IMG/VR virus record: IMGVR_UViG_3300022198_000005
Length of the DNA: 64,000 bases
Direction: 5' to 3' (one strand)
Source of the DNA: an uncultured virus (IMG/VR IMGVR_UViG_3300022198_000005)
Taxonomy: Duplodnaviria > Heunggongvirae > Uroviricota > Caudoviricetes
The translations under genes and the position numbers were made by a program. The notes under the pieces were generated by a model that worked only from the letters and a program-made list of their open reading frames with translations, was not told the origin of the DNA and made no database searches. Each line of letters begins with the position of its first letter. Positions within the stretch are counted from its first letter, which is position 1. Shown in pieces: positions 38,208 through 48,186 of this stretch.

Positions 38208-38873
38208 TTAATAAGCGCCTGACGGTAAATTCTTCAGCCATTCTGGTTCATCCTCAATTGCAAAACATTCATCATCTGTTTCAATATCTACTATTACATG
38301 TATACGCTCATACGGAGAATAGTTTTCGGCAGCATGTAGCCATAAATTATTTAGTTGATACAAGTTTCCTGATTTCATATGTATCTCTTTATCATTATGC
38401 CTACAATAGAATAATACCATTGGGTTTGTGATGATAGGTACATGAAATCTTTTATAGACTTCCCAATATGGACCCGGATCTCTATGATATGGGATACCAG
38501 ATTCTGGAAGTAACTTTGCTAGCATGATCTGGCCTAAACGTTTACCTTTTACTGTTTGATATATCCAATCCACTAATTTGTTGACATGTGGAAATAATAC
38601 TCGTGCTTGAGTATCTGCACACTCAATAACTTTGCTGTGCTCATGTACAGACTTTGCCATGCCCGCAGGAATCTTATGATAACGAAGGTGTATGGTTTGA
38701 CATGAGCCGAACACGTGTTGCTTCTTATTACCTTGTCCAACCATTCCATCTTGAGTAGAGCCTCGAGTTTGCGGCATCTTATCCCAGATGTCTATCTCTT
38801 CGACCTCTTTGAGAGTCGGACCAAATACTTCATCAGGAACATTTTCGATTAGCTGAACATGATCGATCATCAT
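38208..38873 (-). CDS. Aspartyl/asparaginyl beta-hydroxylase-like (paralog A)
   Basis: IPYHRD, RFHVPI, NNLWLH, RIHVIVD. Confidence 0.85.
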   Translation of the reverse strand: MMIDHVQLIENVPDEVFGPTLKEVEEIDIWDKMPQTRGSTQDGMVGQGNKKQHVFGSCQTIHLRYHKIPAGMAKSVHEHSKVIECADTQARVLFPHVNKLVDWIYQTVKGKRLGQIMLAKLLPESGIPYHRDPGPYWEVYKRFHVPIITNPMVLFYCRHNDKEIHMKSGNLYQLNNLWLHAAENYSPYERIHVIVDIETDDECFAIEDEPEWLKNLPSGAY

Positions 38874-38892
38874 AGCGGTTCATCACCAATCA

Positions 38893-39513
38893 TTAAGCTT
38901 CTTTAGGTTCATTTTCTTCCTCAAGTTCATAACCTACATTTCGAAATTCACTCTTTAAACAAAACTTTGCGATCATGATTCGTATTGGCCACTCTCTATG
39001 CATCAAGAAAGCATCATGCAAATGATACTTTGATCGAGTACCAGGTTCAAGGATCTCTTCCACATAACGAGTGTATCGCTCAGTGACACCAGTAGCATTC
39101 ATAAAGTCACGACCTAAATGTCTAAACTTTTCAGGCCATTTTTCGAGGGATCTATTGTACCAGAATGTGTATCTACCTTCAGCTTCCATGTCTGCACAGA
39201 CTTTGGCAACGAGTACTCGAGCAGGACTTCTCTCTGGTTGCCAAGAAAAAGTATTGTTCACACCTTGTTTTACTAGCCAAGGTCCAATATAAGTTGAAGC
39301 ATGGTGTGTCATGCGAATGCAACGCAGACACGCTACGAGTTCACCATCTTCCCATGCACCATAATACTGAGTAACCTTCTCTCTAACCTTTAACTCTTGC
39401 ATGTCAAAGAAGACACGTTGTAACTTCTTATGAGAGTTAACGAGTGCTTCAAGTTCGTCAGCATCATTTTCAGTCAATTGTCTTACTTCATATTCTTTCA
39501 TCATATTTTCCAT
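38893..39513 (-). CDS. GNAT-like acyltransferase (tentative)
   Basis: VRQLTEND...YYGAWEDGELVAC pattern. Confidence 0.45.
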   Translation of the reverse strand: MENMMKEYEVRQLTENDADELEALVNSHKKLQRVFFDMQELKVREKVTQYYGAWEDGELVACLRCIRMTHHASTYIGPWLVKQGVNNTFSWQPERSPARVLVAKVCADMEAEGRYTFWYNRSLEKWPEKFRHLGRDFMNATGVTERYTRYVEEILEPGTRSKYHLHDAFLMHREWPIRIMIAKFCLKSEFRNVGYELEEENEPKEA

Positions 39514-40142
39514 CTTTCTTCGGGAATCATGAATTGCGGGTTGTCTGTTTCAATATCTATGATTACATGGATACGCTCGTATGGAGAATAATTATCTACT
39601 CCGTGAAGCCATAAGTTGTTGAGTTGGTATAAACTTCCGGCTTCCATGTATATTTCTTTATCATTGTGCCCGCACTTGAATAATACCATTGGATTTGTAA
39701 TGATGGGCACATGAAATCTTCTGTACGTCTGAAAGTATGGACCAGGATCTCTATGTAACGGGATACTTGATTCCTCAAGCATCTTTGCAAGCATGACTCG
39801 GCCTAAACGTTTACCATCAACACGTGTATAGGCCCAATCGATGACTTTATTAAGAGCTGGAAACCAAGCGCGGGCTCGAGAGTCTTGACACTCGATGATC
39901 TTACTATGGTCTCTAATCGTAGTAGCAGTGCCTGGAGGAACCTTATGATAACGAACATGTATCGTTTGGCAATCACTAAAGATGTGTTTTTTATTCTCGC
40001 CTTCTCCCACCATACCATCTTTCGTATAGTTTCGAGTTTGCGGAATAGATTCCCAATAATCTATCTTCTGAACTTCTGTGAGTGCTTGTTCAAATAGGTC
40101 TTTAGGCGCTTCATCAATCCATTCAACAGAATCAATCATCAT
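39501..40142 (-). CDS. Aspartyl/asparaginyl beta-hydroxylase-like (paralog B)
   Basis: IPLHRD, RFHVPI, NNLWLH, RIHVIID. Confidence 0.85.
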   Translation of the reverse strand: MMIDSVEWIDEAPKDLFEQALTEVQKIDYWESIPQTRNYTKDGMVGEGENKKHIFSDCQTIHVRYHKVPPGTATTIRDHSKIIECQDSRARAWFPALNKVIDWAYTRVDGKRLGRVMLAKMLEESSIPLHRDPGPYFQTYRRFHVPIITNPMVLFKCGHNDKEIYMEAGSLYQLNNLWLHGVDNYSPYERIHVIIDIETDNPQFMIPEERWKI

Positions 40143-40145
40143 ATG

Positions 40146-40529
40146 TTATAGCGTATAAAGAATAGCCCTCACTGCCTGAATAGTCTCTTCATCTGGATCG
40201 TTGTACTTTGGATCGATAGGCTCTGAGAGAGTAAACTCAGACTCATGGCCGTTATCATCACAGTATGCCATACGAATCGTCGTATAGCTTGGATACCGTT
40301 CTCCCATCACGCGGCGAAACGCGATGTAATGATCCTGAGAAGGGAATGTAAGCACACGATCATACGTGTTTCCATCCACGCCTTTATCTTCAAACGTGAA
40401 TAAACCCCTCGTGATAAAGTGTTGTCTTAAGGCGTGGACTCCAGCAATCAAGTCTTCTTCAATCTCGTAGAAGAAAGGTACTTCATTGCCTTCTGGTCGA
40501 ATCAACCTCATCGTAAGCGTCATTGACAT
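40146..40529 (-). CDS. Hypothetical protein
   Basis: AGGAG SD; 127 aa. Confidence 0.7.
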   Translation of the reverse strand: MSMTLTMRLIRPEGNEVPFFYEIEEDLIAGVHALRQHFITRGLFTFEDKGVDGNTYDRVLTFPSQDHYIAFRRVMGERYPSYTTIRMAYCDDNGHESEFTLSEPIDPKYNDPDEETIQAVRAILYTL

Positions 40530-40562
40530 AATATTCTCCTGTTAGTCTTGACTAGCATAATG

Positions 40563-41399
40563 CTATTTATGTTTGATATTAGCTCTCCAAAAAGCACGTT
40601 CTTCTCCTGCTTTTACATTACAGTGCGATCGTTTATGGATCATATTCCAGTTATCATAGATGATCAAGTCATTCACTTCCCACTGATGTGTGTAGAGCAA
40701 ATCTGGTCGAGCTTCAAACTTTTCGTGAATTGGTTCAAGAGTATATTGATTATCAACCAGTTCACCATTTAAGTATGTCTCTTTGATCCAAGCCATATTC
40801 GTCTTATCATCTCTTGGATTCACATAGTAGTTACAACGAAGAGACTTCTTATTGGTGACTGGATGAGCCTTGATAAAAGGCTGTTTAACGATCTGTTCTC
40901 CTGGACGATACCATGATTGGTTTAAGATCTCCATGTTCTCATATTGATTCATCTCTTCAGGTGAAGGTTTCATCAAGTCGAGGCGAATATTTGCCCATGT
41001 CGTGAGTCCAGTCGTTGGGTCTGGATTACTTAACATGTACAATGATCTCCATGGAAAAGAATCTTCTCCATTATTGGGAATGTCAACGTGCCACGGCATC
41101 ATGTAGTGTTGAAGGCGAAATGCACTCACATTACTAAAGTAAGTAATATGCCGAGTGCCTTCTTCGTCCACCGCAAGAGCTTTCTCTGTTGAGTAACGAT
41201 ACTCTTGACCAGTCCACGGAGTACCAAAACAAGAGATCAAGTCATGATACTGAGACTTAGTGATTACACCAAGGCCTCTAAAAAGGATCAAGTCCCTTTG
41301 ATACCCTAAGTCCTTGAATGTGTGCTTATGCTCCATGACATCTTCATATGTGCCATAGACGATCGAGCCCCATGATTCATGTATATTTTCAACTCGCAT
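40563..41399 (-). CDS. TauD/TfdA-family 2OG-Fe(II) dioxygenase
   Basis: LILFRGL, WHVD, HPVT, WEVNDLIIYDNWNMIHKR, RAFWR. Confidence 0.85.
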   Translation of the reverse strand: MRVENIHESWGSIVYGTYEDVMEHKHTFKDLGYQRDLILFRGLGVITKSQYHDLISCFGTPWTGQEYRYSTEKALAVDEEGTRHITYFSNVSAFRLQHYMMPWHVDIPNNGEDSFPWRSLYMLSNPDPTTGLTTWANIRLDLMKPSPEEMNQYENMEILNQSWYRPGEQIVKQPFIKAHPVTNKKSLRCNYYVNPRDDKTNMAWIKETYLNGELVDNQYTLEPIHEKFEARPDLLYTHQWEVNDLIIYDNWNMIHKRSHCNVKAGEERAFWRANIKHK

Positions 41400-42147
41400 A
41401 TAACATTTCCTTTAATCCTGGGCGGAAAACTCCATCTACTCTGATAGAGAAAGCAAAGTGCTCGACTGGTTCTGTTCCGTGAAAGTCCATCTCATTAAAC
41501 CAAACGAATCGCTTGTCATCCTCAGGATAAACTCTTTCTTTTGTCTCATCATCCATCACAAAAACTGACTTAGTCGTAGGTTTGGTAGTGAACCATACAA
41601 AGTCATCGTTTGGCTTTGTGTTTCGTTGTTGTTCTGATCCTGCATCAAAGTGAGGCACAGTTTGGTTGTTTGCCTCTGTCATGAATAAGATGATCCTGCC
41701 GATACCTTGAAAAGGCATAGACTCAATAAACTTACGAAGCTTAGGAAAGTGCTTAGCATTATCAGTCCATTCGCATTCGGATTCGACTGACTTATTTGCA
41801 ACACGACTCTGTTCGATCATCATGTTCTCTCTTAGCCATAGTACCCAAAATGGATGAGGTACATGTGACAATGCATTCAAGTACTTTAGCTTTTGTTCGA
41901 TTAACGGCAATGATTCGAGTATGTGAAGCTGTTCTGCATTTAAGTGCTGAGATGCAGTCTTCAAGTACGGAGTGATCTCTTTGTCTGCCCAGTCTTTGTG
42001 TACGCCTGAAGATACAAATGTCTTCTGCCACTTGGACAAAGCGATGCCTCTACATACTTCAGTATGCAGAGATTCCCAATCGACTTCAGGTATAAAGTCG
42101 TCGAGGTATAGGTGAGGTGCCTTATTTGGGCCTAGGCCTCGGATCAT
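41389..42147 (-). CDS. 2OG-Fe(II) oxygenase / AspH-like cupin
   Basis: VPHFD...WFNEMDFHG...SIRVDG; start uncertain. Confidence 0.6.
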   Translation of the reverse strand: MIRGLGPNKAPHLYLDDFIPEVDWESLHTEVCRGIALSKWQKTFVSSGVHKDWADKEITPYLKTASQHLNAEQLHILESLPLIEQKLKYLNALSHVPHPFWVLWLRENMMIEQSRVANKSVESECEWTDNAKHFPKLRKFIESMPFQGIGRIILFMTEANNQTVPHFDAGSEQQRNTKPNDDFVWFTTKPTTKSVFVMDDETKERVYPEDDKRFVWFNEMDFHGTEPVEHFAFSIRVDGVFRPGLKEMLYAS

Positions 42148-42688
42148 GTGATGACCTTCCAAACTCTCCCATTAAAGGAGCAACGAGGATACAGTTTTGT
42201 TTTAGATTGTGCATGTGCACGAACTTTTGATAATAAAGCAATGACAAATCTTCTGAGATGTGCGGGTATGGTTCCCATCGATCGATCATGAACCCAGATT
42301 CTGAGATACCATCTCTCAAAGACTCGAGAATTGGATCATTAAAATATTTATGAAGATGAGATTCGTTCTTCCATATCTCAATATAGTCGATCGACCTTTC
42401 TCTAACGTTTAAGATCTTGACTCTCCATACGAGTTCTCCAGAAAACCATGCATCTTCAAAGATCTTATTATGAACTTTCCAATATTCTACAAGATGACGA
42501 GTACGAGCCCTCAAGTTTAAACCTGAAGGTCCTGCTACAGGGTTACTCGTAGAAGCATCAGATTCTGCAGAAGGTATGAAGTAATTTTGTAAGAACTCTT
42601 CGTTGAGCTTTGGATCGATGTGTTTGATCCATAAGTAACGTAACCTATACTCATTTACTCCGTCTGGTCTGATGAGCGCGTCTCTCAT
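42122..42688 (-). CDS. Hypothetical protein
   Basis: 188-aa ORF with ATGA coupling. Confidence 0.65.
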   Translation of the reverse strand: MRDALIRPDGVNEYRLRYLWIKHIDPKLNEEFLQNYFIPSAESDASTSNPVAGPSGLNLRARTRHLVEYWKVHNKIFEDAWFSGELVWRVKILNVRERSIDYIEIWKNESHLHKYFNDPILESLRDGISESGFMIDRWEPYPHISEDLSLLYYQKFVHMHNLKQNCILVAPLMGEFGRSSHDPRPRPK

Positions 42689-43437
42689 TTCAATAACGGT
42701 AGGAACAACCTTGTAGGGTCAAACTCCCACCACTTCTTTCCAAAGTTGTAGTTTCCTGGGTCATGATGATGGTTATTGTGCCATGCCTGACCCCATGTAA
42801 AGAACGCGATCAATGGTTGGTTATAGCTATTGTCATTCGTATCATAGTTACGATAGCCAACACCCAACTTCAGATGGCCTACCACGTTCACCATATTGTC
42901 TTGTAAGTTAGAGATCAATCCTGGCAAATAGAACAACATGCATGCGACCTTCCAGTCCCATAACAAGAAGAGCAGAGGCACTCCAAACAATACTTTCCTA
43001 TAGTGATCGAAGAACCATACATGATGCTTCTTACGTAAAAGATCAGTCGCTCCTCTTAAACTGAACCAACTCGGTAGATCATAGTGCCAAAGTAAAGTAC
43101 GCATGACACCGTGTACTTTAGGACTATGAAGGTCTTTTTCAGTGTCAGCATGTCGATGATGGTGCCCGCGATGAGCAGCCACCCAAAAGATGCTAGGACC
43201 CTGACCAGCAAATGTGCCAAGGAAAAGTAAGATGCATTCTTTCCATGCAGGTAGATCGTGCGTCTTATGACTAAAGACACGATGATAACCTACAGAGATA
43301 CCTAACCCGCTGAATAACACCCAACCAATCAATGTGAGCCATAAGTAATCGAGCGGGATATATCCTAGGCTCAATAAGCCTATCGTGATCAGTCCAAAGA
43401 GTAGGACCGGTGGTTGAGTCATCATCGAATCTTTCAT
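42685..43437 (-). CDS. Membrane fatty acid desaturase #3
   Basis: HRVFSH, HRGHHH, DLHSP, GQAWHNNHH. Confidence 0.9.
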   Translation of the reverse strand: MKDSMMTQPPVLLFGLITIGLLSLGYIPLDYLWLTLIGWVLFSGLGISVGYHRVFSHKTHDLPAWKECILLFLGTFAGQGPSIFWVAAHRGHHHRHADTEKDLHSPKVHGVMRTLLWHYDLPSWFSLRGATDLLRKKHHVWFFDHYRKVLFGVPLLFLLWDWKVACMLFYLPGLISNLQDNMVNVVGHLKLGVGYRNYDTNDNSYNQPLIAFFTWGQAWHNNHHHDPGNYNFGKKWWEFDPTRLFLPLLK

Positions 43438-44018
43438 CTATATTCCTGTTTCAGGTAGGTGCATCGAACTACAGTATCTACTGGATACGTGTGGCGCCAA
43501 TACAAGTGTTCATAGTGTTTTGCATGATGGCAACTTTCATTCGCCTTAACTATGTATTCATCAAAATAATCATATCGCTGGTTCACATCTTCAGAGAAAA
43601 GGAGATTGCGAATGTTATTTTTTCCGGCATGCTTTGCGTTCATCATAGAATAAAACTTCAACCTTTTTTCCATCTCATTATGAGAGATGGCAAGGTCTAA
43701 GCACCGTGGTAGGTGATGTGCGCCTTTACCGCTTGCCCGCATGATAGTAAAAAACCAAGAAGGTTCGAACTTGTCTATGTCATAGGTGATGAGGGCTTCT
43801 ACCTTATCGTCTTGAAAAAACCCTATAGAATAGCCTTCTCCGAAAAGATAGTGCTCACAGAAGAACTCATAATGAAACTTACGTACCTTCTCTTCTGTAC
43901 GATTGCCTACCTCACGAAAAGCTTCCTTCGACGACATGAACTTAGCATTATCGTAGAAGAGGTGTTTTACTGAATCAGCGTGTTTATAATCTAGGACATC
44001 AATCATTGGTTTATGCAC
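43434..44018 (-). CDS. GNAT-like protein (tentative)
   Basis: YSIGFFQDDKVEALI strand pattern; C-terminus resembles 38893-39513. Confidence 0.4.
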   Translation of the reverse strand: MHKPMIDVLDYKHADSVKHLFYDNAKFMSSKEAFREVGNRTEEKVRKFHYEFFCEHYLFGEGYSIGFFQDDKVEALITYDIDKFEPSWFFTIMRASGKGAHHLPRCLDLAISHNEMEKRLKFYSMMNAKHAGKNNIRNLLFSEDVNQRYDYFDEYIVKANESCHHAKHYEHLYWRHTYPVDTVVRCTYLKQEYR

Positions 44019-44911
44019 AGTCTCTCTACGACGCGATGATAGTCTTCATAGTATCCACCATAATATTGCAGTTTCCATGCTTGAAAATGATCCATCATGT
44101 ATGATTTTCCAAGGTCTGTGTTTAAGAACTCTTCATAACCAGTCATCTTCTTACGAGTCTTCCAATCATAGTTTACCATATTAAATCCAGAGCCATTGTT
44201 GAATACATGGCACTTACTTGAGTTTGTACCAAGCTTTCCAGGATACTTGCCGTTTGCAAGGTCTACGATCGTTGGATCGAGTAAGAAAGATAACATCTGC
44301 TCTGCTCGATAGCTCAAGAAGAACGGACAGCCAGGAACTTCAAACCGATGAAAGAACCGAAGTATCGAGTGAATGATCTCTAACTCTTCAAGGCACCATG
44401 AATCAGTGTCTTGAAAATACTTCAAATAAGGTGGATCGTTTCCCATGACGATGAACTCATCAAGCTCTTTGGCTACCTTCATCGTAGCAGGTATCATCCA
44501 AGAACCACACTCAAACTGATCAGCAAGTTCGATCAACTCTCCAGACTCAAAGAACGGGTCAAAGTCAAACACGATGACCTTAGGCTTGATACCTAAACAC
44601 TTACAATGTTCAAAGGCATACTTTGACTCTTCATGATTATAGTCATGAATCATGCCACGTCCTTGCACTCGTATGATGACAGGTACAAAGTCCATCTTCA
44701 GTGAATGCAACACGTTGAATACGTACTGAGAATCTAATCCACCACTATAGAGCAGATGGATCTTACCTTGTTTGTTCTCGTATACGTAACGAGCCGTCTC
44801 AAGGGTCTCTTCGTGGTAACTCTTTACTTTACCTTTCGGAGGATCAATATCAACGTGCCAATATTTACCGTTACCACTTCCGCGAAGGTAGTTGTCTTTT
44901 ATCAAGTTCAT
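44003..44911 (-). CDS. PP-loop ATP pyrophosphatase (asparagine-synthetase-like adenylating domain)
   Basis: LLYSGGLDSQ motif; IVMG; KMTGYE. Confidence 0.6.
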   Translation of the reverse strand: MNLIKDNYLRGSGNGKYWHVDIDPPKGKVKSYHEETLETARYVYENKQGKIHLLYSGGLDSQYVFNVLHSLKMDFVPVIIRVQGRGMIHDYNHEESKYAFEHCKCLGIKPKVIVFDFDPFFESGELIELADQFECGSWMIPATMKVAKELDEFIVMGNDPPYLKYFQDTDSWCLEELEIIHSILRFFHRFEVPGCPFFLSYRAEQMLSFLLDPTIVDLANGKYPGKLGTNSSKCHVFNNGSGFNMVNYDWKTRKKMTGYEEFLNTDLGKSYMMDHFQAWKLQYYGGYYEDYHRVVERLCINQ

Positions 44912-45726
44912 TGCTCATCATTCATCCATCTACGATAGTGCAACTTGCTCTCTTCAAGGTTTTCGTCAAAGCCGTTCTCATCAGGCACTATCAGTTCTGC
45001 TTGCATTCTGTCTTGCATCCATGCATCTTCCCACGTATAGGAATGAAGTTTCCAATTCTCATCGGTAGAATCGTTAGCACGATACTTATACACGTGTACG
45101 TCTGTATAGCCATGATGATTCGTTTTACCAGCGACAGTGATGAAGAAGTGTCCGCTTTGCCATTCAACCATGGTGCCTGGATACAAACATAGCCATGCTG
45201 CTTGTAAAGTTCCTTGATGACCTTTTACGATTTGAGTAGAACCCCAATCGTGATAGTTCCAAGTAATCTCAGAACCGCTATCGATACCGATCTGGTCATA
45301 GACTCCGTCATGAAGGTGTTGGATATGCTCTACATCTAAGAACACGTCGATGATGCTGGTACGATGTGCCTTTACTTGATCAGTGCGCCTCTCGACTAAA
45401 GAGACAGAACATTCAGGTAACTCAAGCTCCGGAGTTTCGAATGGCTTATCAAAAAACAATGTGTTCCATTCGTGCAACATGGCCTTTTCAAGTGTATCGC
45501 AGTTTCCTTTGAGACAGTAGCCGTTCATGTCAAACTCACGACCATGGTACATACACGTACGAGACTCGCCTCTACCTTTGACCAAAGAGATCAAAGAACG
45601 TTGGTGAGTGCATACGTTACTGAGTAAGTATGCATTCGGTTCATTTACGAAGATGTACTTCTTATCGAGTTGTTTGACAGGCTCAAACTCTCCGAGCTCT
45701 ATGTCACTGTTATGACCTATAAACAT
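44908..45726 (-). CDS. Rieske non-heme iron oxygenase alpha subunit
   Basis: NVCTHQ...CMYHG (Rieske); DVEHIQHLH and QD mononuclear Fe site; start set at ATG 45726. Confidence 0.85.
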   Translation of the reverse strand: MFIGHNSDIELGEFEPVKQLDKKYIFVNEPNAYLLSNVCTHQRSLISLVKGRGESRTCMYHGREFDMNGYCLKGNCDTLEKAMLHEWNTLFFDKPFETPELELPECSVSLVERRTDQVKAHRTSIIDVFLDVEHIQHLHDGVYDQIGIDSGSEITWNYHDWGSTQIVKGHQGTLQAAWLCLYPGTMVEWQSGHFFITVAGKTNHHGYTDVHVYKYRANDSTDENWKLHSYTWEDAWMQDRMQAELIVPDENGFDENLEESKLHYRRWMNDEQ

Positions 45727-45728
45727 GA

Positions 45729-46505
45729 TTAACCTTTCATTCGAATCATTCTGATTACGTAAGCAGTAATATCTATTTGCCACCATTTTTGTCCGCAACT
45801 AAAGTTACGCGGGTGTCGATGATGGTTATTGTGCCAAGTTTCTCCCCAAGAAGGGATCGCCCATAACCAGTTATTGGCAGACTGATCTGGTGTATTATAT
45901 GTCCTAAAAGAACCGAGCGAGTTAGGCTTATGTCCTATATAATTTACAACGTTTGACATGACTGCAGTCACGGCTGCCGGTGCGAGGTGACCAAAGATCA
46001 TGAGGTATGGACCACCGATCAGCAATAACGCAATACTCCATAGTGCTATTATACCAAAATAATAGCGATGAAGGAACTGCTGGTATCGATTTGTGATCAA
46101 GTCTCTCATCCTCCATTTGACTTCATCATCAACTCCCGACTCATAGTCGAGTTTAAATACGTTTAGTCCTTGATACAAAGGACTGTGAGGGTCATCCTTC
46201 TTATCTGATTTCAGGTGATGACATAGGTGGATGGCGACCCATGCGATAGGACTTCCTGTACCAGCGAGTGAGCCAAAGAATGAGAAGAGCTTGACGATGT
46301 ATGGATGTGTCTTATAGCTCTGATGAGTAAGGTTACGATGGAAAGTCGCGACGATCCCAAGTGAGCCATATACAAAGTAACCGAGTACGATAAGACCAAC
46401 GATCTGTAGGTCAATACCATACGTCACGAACCCGATAAGGCTCATGATGAGTGAAAAGATTAAGAAAGCTTGGGCGCCGTTGGTGCTAGATGCTAGGTAC
46501 TTCAT
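45729..46505 (-). CDS. Membrane fatty acid desaturase #4
   Basis: HRNLTH, HLCHH, DPHSP, GETWHNNHH. Confidence 0.9.
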   Translation of the reverse strand: MKYLASSTNGAQAFLIFSLIMSLIGFVTYGIDLQIVGLIVLGYFVYGSLGIVATFHRNLTHQSYKTHPYIVKLFSFFGSLAGTGSPIAWVAIHLCHHLKSDKKDDPHSPLYQGLNVFKLDYESGVDDEVKWRMRDLITNRYQQFLHRYYFGIIALWSIALLLIGGPYLMIFGHLAPAAVTAVMSNVVNYIGHKPNSLGSFRTYNTPDQSANNWLWAIPSWGETWHNNHHRHPRNFSCGQKWWQIDITAYVIRMIRMKG

Positions 46506-47269
46506 CTTGCTACTGCCTTTATAAGATAAACAACGGGGTCAATTTCCCACCACTTATGGTGTGTACTTAACTTTGAAGGTTCTCCATGATGGTTATTATG
46601 CCATGCTTCACCAAAGTTTAAGAACCACAACCAAAAGTTGTTTGTACTCTGATCTTTTTTATGATAGTTTTTGTAACCAGACTTATGATTAAAATAATTG
46701 AAGAGGTTGAAACTTACCTCTAACATTAAGATAGGCAACACATAGATGAAGTAAAAAACATCAAAGCTGACTAACATCAGCGGGACGACTACAGCTGCCA
46801 CGATCAGCCAATAATAGGTGTTGATGAAAACCTGTTCCTTATTCATCAAGCTTTTGACGAGGAGCGGATTCATCTTAAACTCATAAGACACGCGTAAGTT
46901 ATCATAAAAGCCAAAAAGCTTGAAACCTTGGCTGATAGGACCGATAGGATCTTCGTGTGTATCAGCCTTTGCATGATGCATGCGATGCACATAGACCCAA
47001 CCAATAGGACTACCACGAGTGCAGAGTATCGAGATGAGAGTAAAAAATCTAAGTAGCCATTTACTCTTAAACTTAAAATAACTGTGTGAATAGTAACGAT
47101 GCATCATCATGTGCATGCCTATGATGTTCAACACGAAGAAAGACGCAATCATCATCAATGCATGATCGAGAGTAAACTCAATGAAGAACACACCAATGAT
47201 CGCGATGCACGACAAGAGAGCGTGCACGATTGCGACCGATCGAGTGGATGCTTTAAATAGGTTTGTCAT
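46502..47269 (-). CDS. Membrane fatty acid desaturase #5
   Basis: HRYYSH, HRMHH, DPIGP, GEAWHNNHH; ATG 6 nt after ATAAATA. Confidence 0.9.
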   Translation of the reverse strand: MTNLFKASTRSVAIVHALLSCIAIIGVFFIEFTLDHALMMIASFFVLNIIGMHMMMHRYYSHSYFKFKSKWLLRFFTLISILCTRGSPIGWVYVHRMHHAKADTHEDPIGPISQGFKLFGFYDNLRVSYEFKMNPLLVKSLMNKEQVFINTYYWLIVAAVVVPLMLVSFDVFYFIYVLPILMLEVSFNLFNYFNHKSGYKNYHKKDQSTNNFWLWFLNFGEAWHNNHHGEPSKLSTHHKWWEIDPVVYLIKAVAR

Positions 47270-47274
47270 AATCA

Positions 47275-47850
47275 CTATTTATCTACCCACCGGATAGCTT
47301 CCCAGTTAGGCTGGTAGCTCTCATCGATATTACGGTATAGTAGCCATTGCTTTGTATACTGTATCTCAACTGGAAACTCAACGATCTGTGGCTTACTGCC
47401 ATGGAAAAGTCCACCTGGACCTTTTCGTTTTACAATGCCCGTTCCAGTCCTCATGAAGTTATGTCTTAGCTTCTGATTATACTCATTGAAGCTAACTGCA
47501 AAAGTCTTCATGCCTCTTCGTTTGGCCCATTCTAATTGCTCAGGCAAGATAACACCACCGAGTAAAAACTTACCTCTATGCTCTTCATTGACCCAACTAC
47601 GAACTCCGCCGAGTGCAACGTATGGATCAAACTGAGAAATATAAATCCCTGACCCGATGCATATCTTATCGTTTATCTTTAAGAAGTAATACGTACCGTT
47701 GTCTCCGCTTAACCTCTTTTTGTCTCCATACAAAAGGTCTGGAAGAGTACGCATGTTGACATGTGCAGGATCATCGATACACAGACTCGCATCACGGATA
47801 AAATCCATGACTTCTTCTTTATCAAGGTCAGTGTATTCAAAGATCTGCAT
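47275..47850 (-). CDS. GNAT-family acyltransferase
   Basis: RSWVNEEHRGKFL (motif A-like), WAKRRG, SFNEYN. Confidence 0.6.
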   Translation of the reverse strand: MQIFEYTDLDKEEVMDFIRDASLCIDDPAHVNMRTLPDLLYGDKKRLSGDNGTYYFLKINDKICIGSGIYISQFDPYVALGGVRSWVNEEHRGKFLLGGVILPEQLEWAKRRGMKTFAVSFNEYNQKLRHNFMRTGTGIVKRKGPGGLFHGSKPQIVEFPVEIQYTKQWLLYRNIDESYQPNWEAIRWVDK

Positions 47851-47857
47851 GGTAAAT

Positions 47858-48186
47858 GGTGCAGGTTTTTTGGTGATAAGGGAAACCTGCCAGAAACCTC
47901 ATCTAGTGCTTACGCTGCTAGAGCAAATACCTCATCATTGGCATTTATACTTTTTGCTTCTTCGGCCGAGTAGTCCCAACCCTAACGTCTTTCACATTGA
48001 CGTGCTGTCCACTCTGTTACTCATTGCCCTGTCGAAACCAGTACACCCCCATCATAAACATATAGTTTGGATCTTACTATGAGCATTGTTATCTCATTCG
48101 CCAGTAGACTATATGCTTATGGTGGAGGTGGGCGGAATCGAACCGCCGTCCAAGACACCTTTCTCATTGCTTCATACAGCAATAAA
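47858..48186 (-). ncRNA. ssrA: Circularly permuted (two-piece) tmRNA
   Basis: Acceptor piece ends GGCGGTTCGATTCCGCCCACCTCCACCA at 48120; coding piece starts GGGGGTGTACTGGTTTCGAC at 48050; G3-U70 pair; tag 47942-47910 ANDEVFALAA* after ATAAAT; outer ends approximate. Confidence 0.93.

Noticed and set aside
47699..48082. 127-aa plus-strand ORF
   Set aside because: Overlaps the tmRNA and GNAT gene on the opposite strand; no coding signals
48120..48150. tRNA gene
   Set aside because: The T-arm/CCA pairs with the downstream GGGGGTG segment and belongs to the permuted tmRNA; there is no anticodon arm
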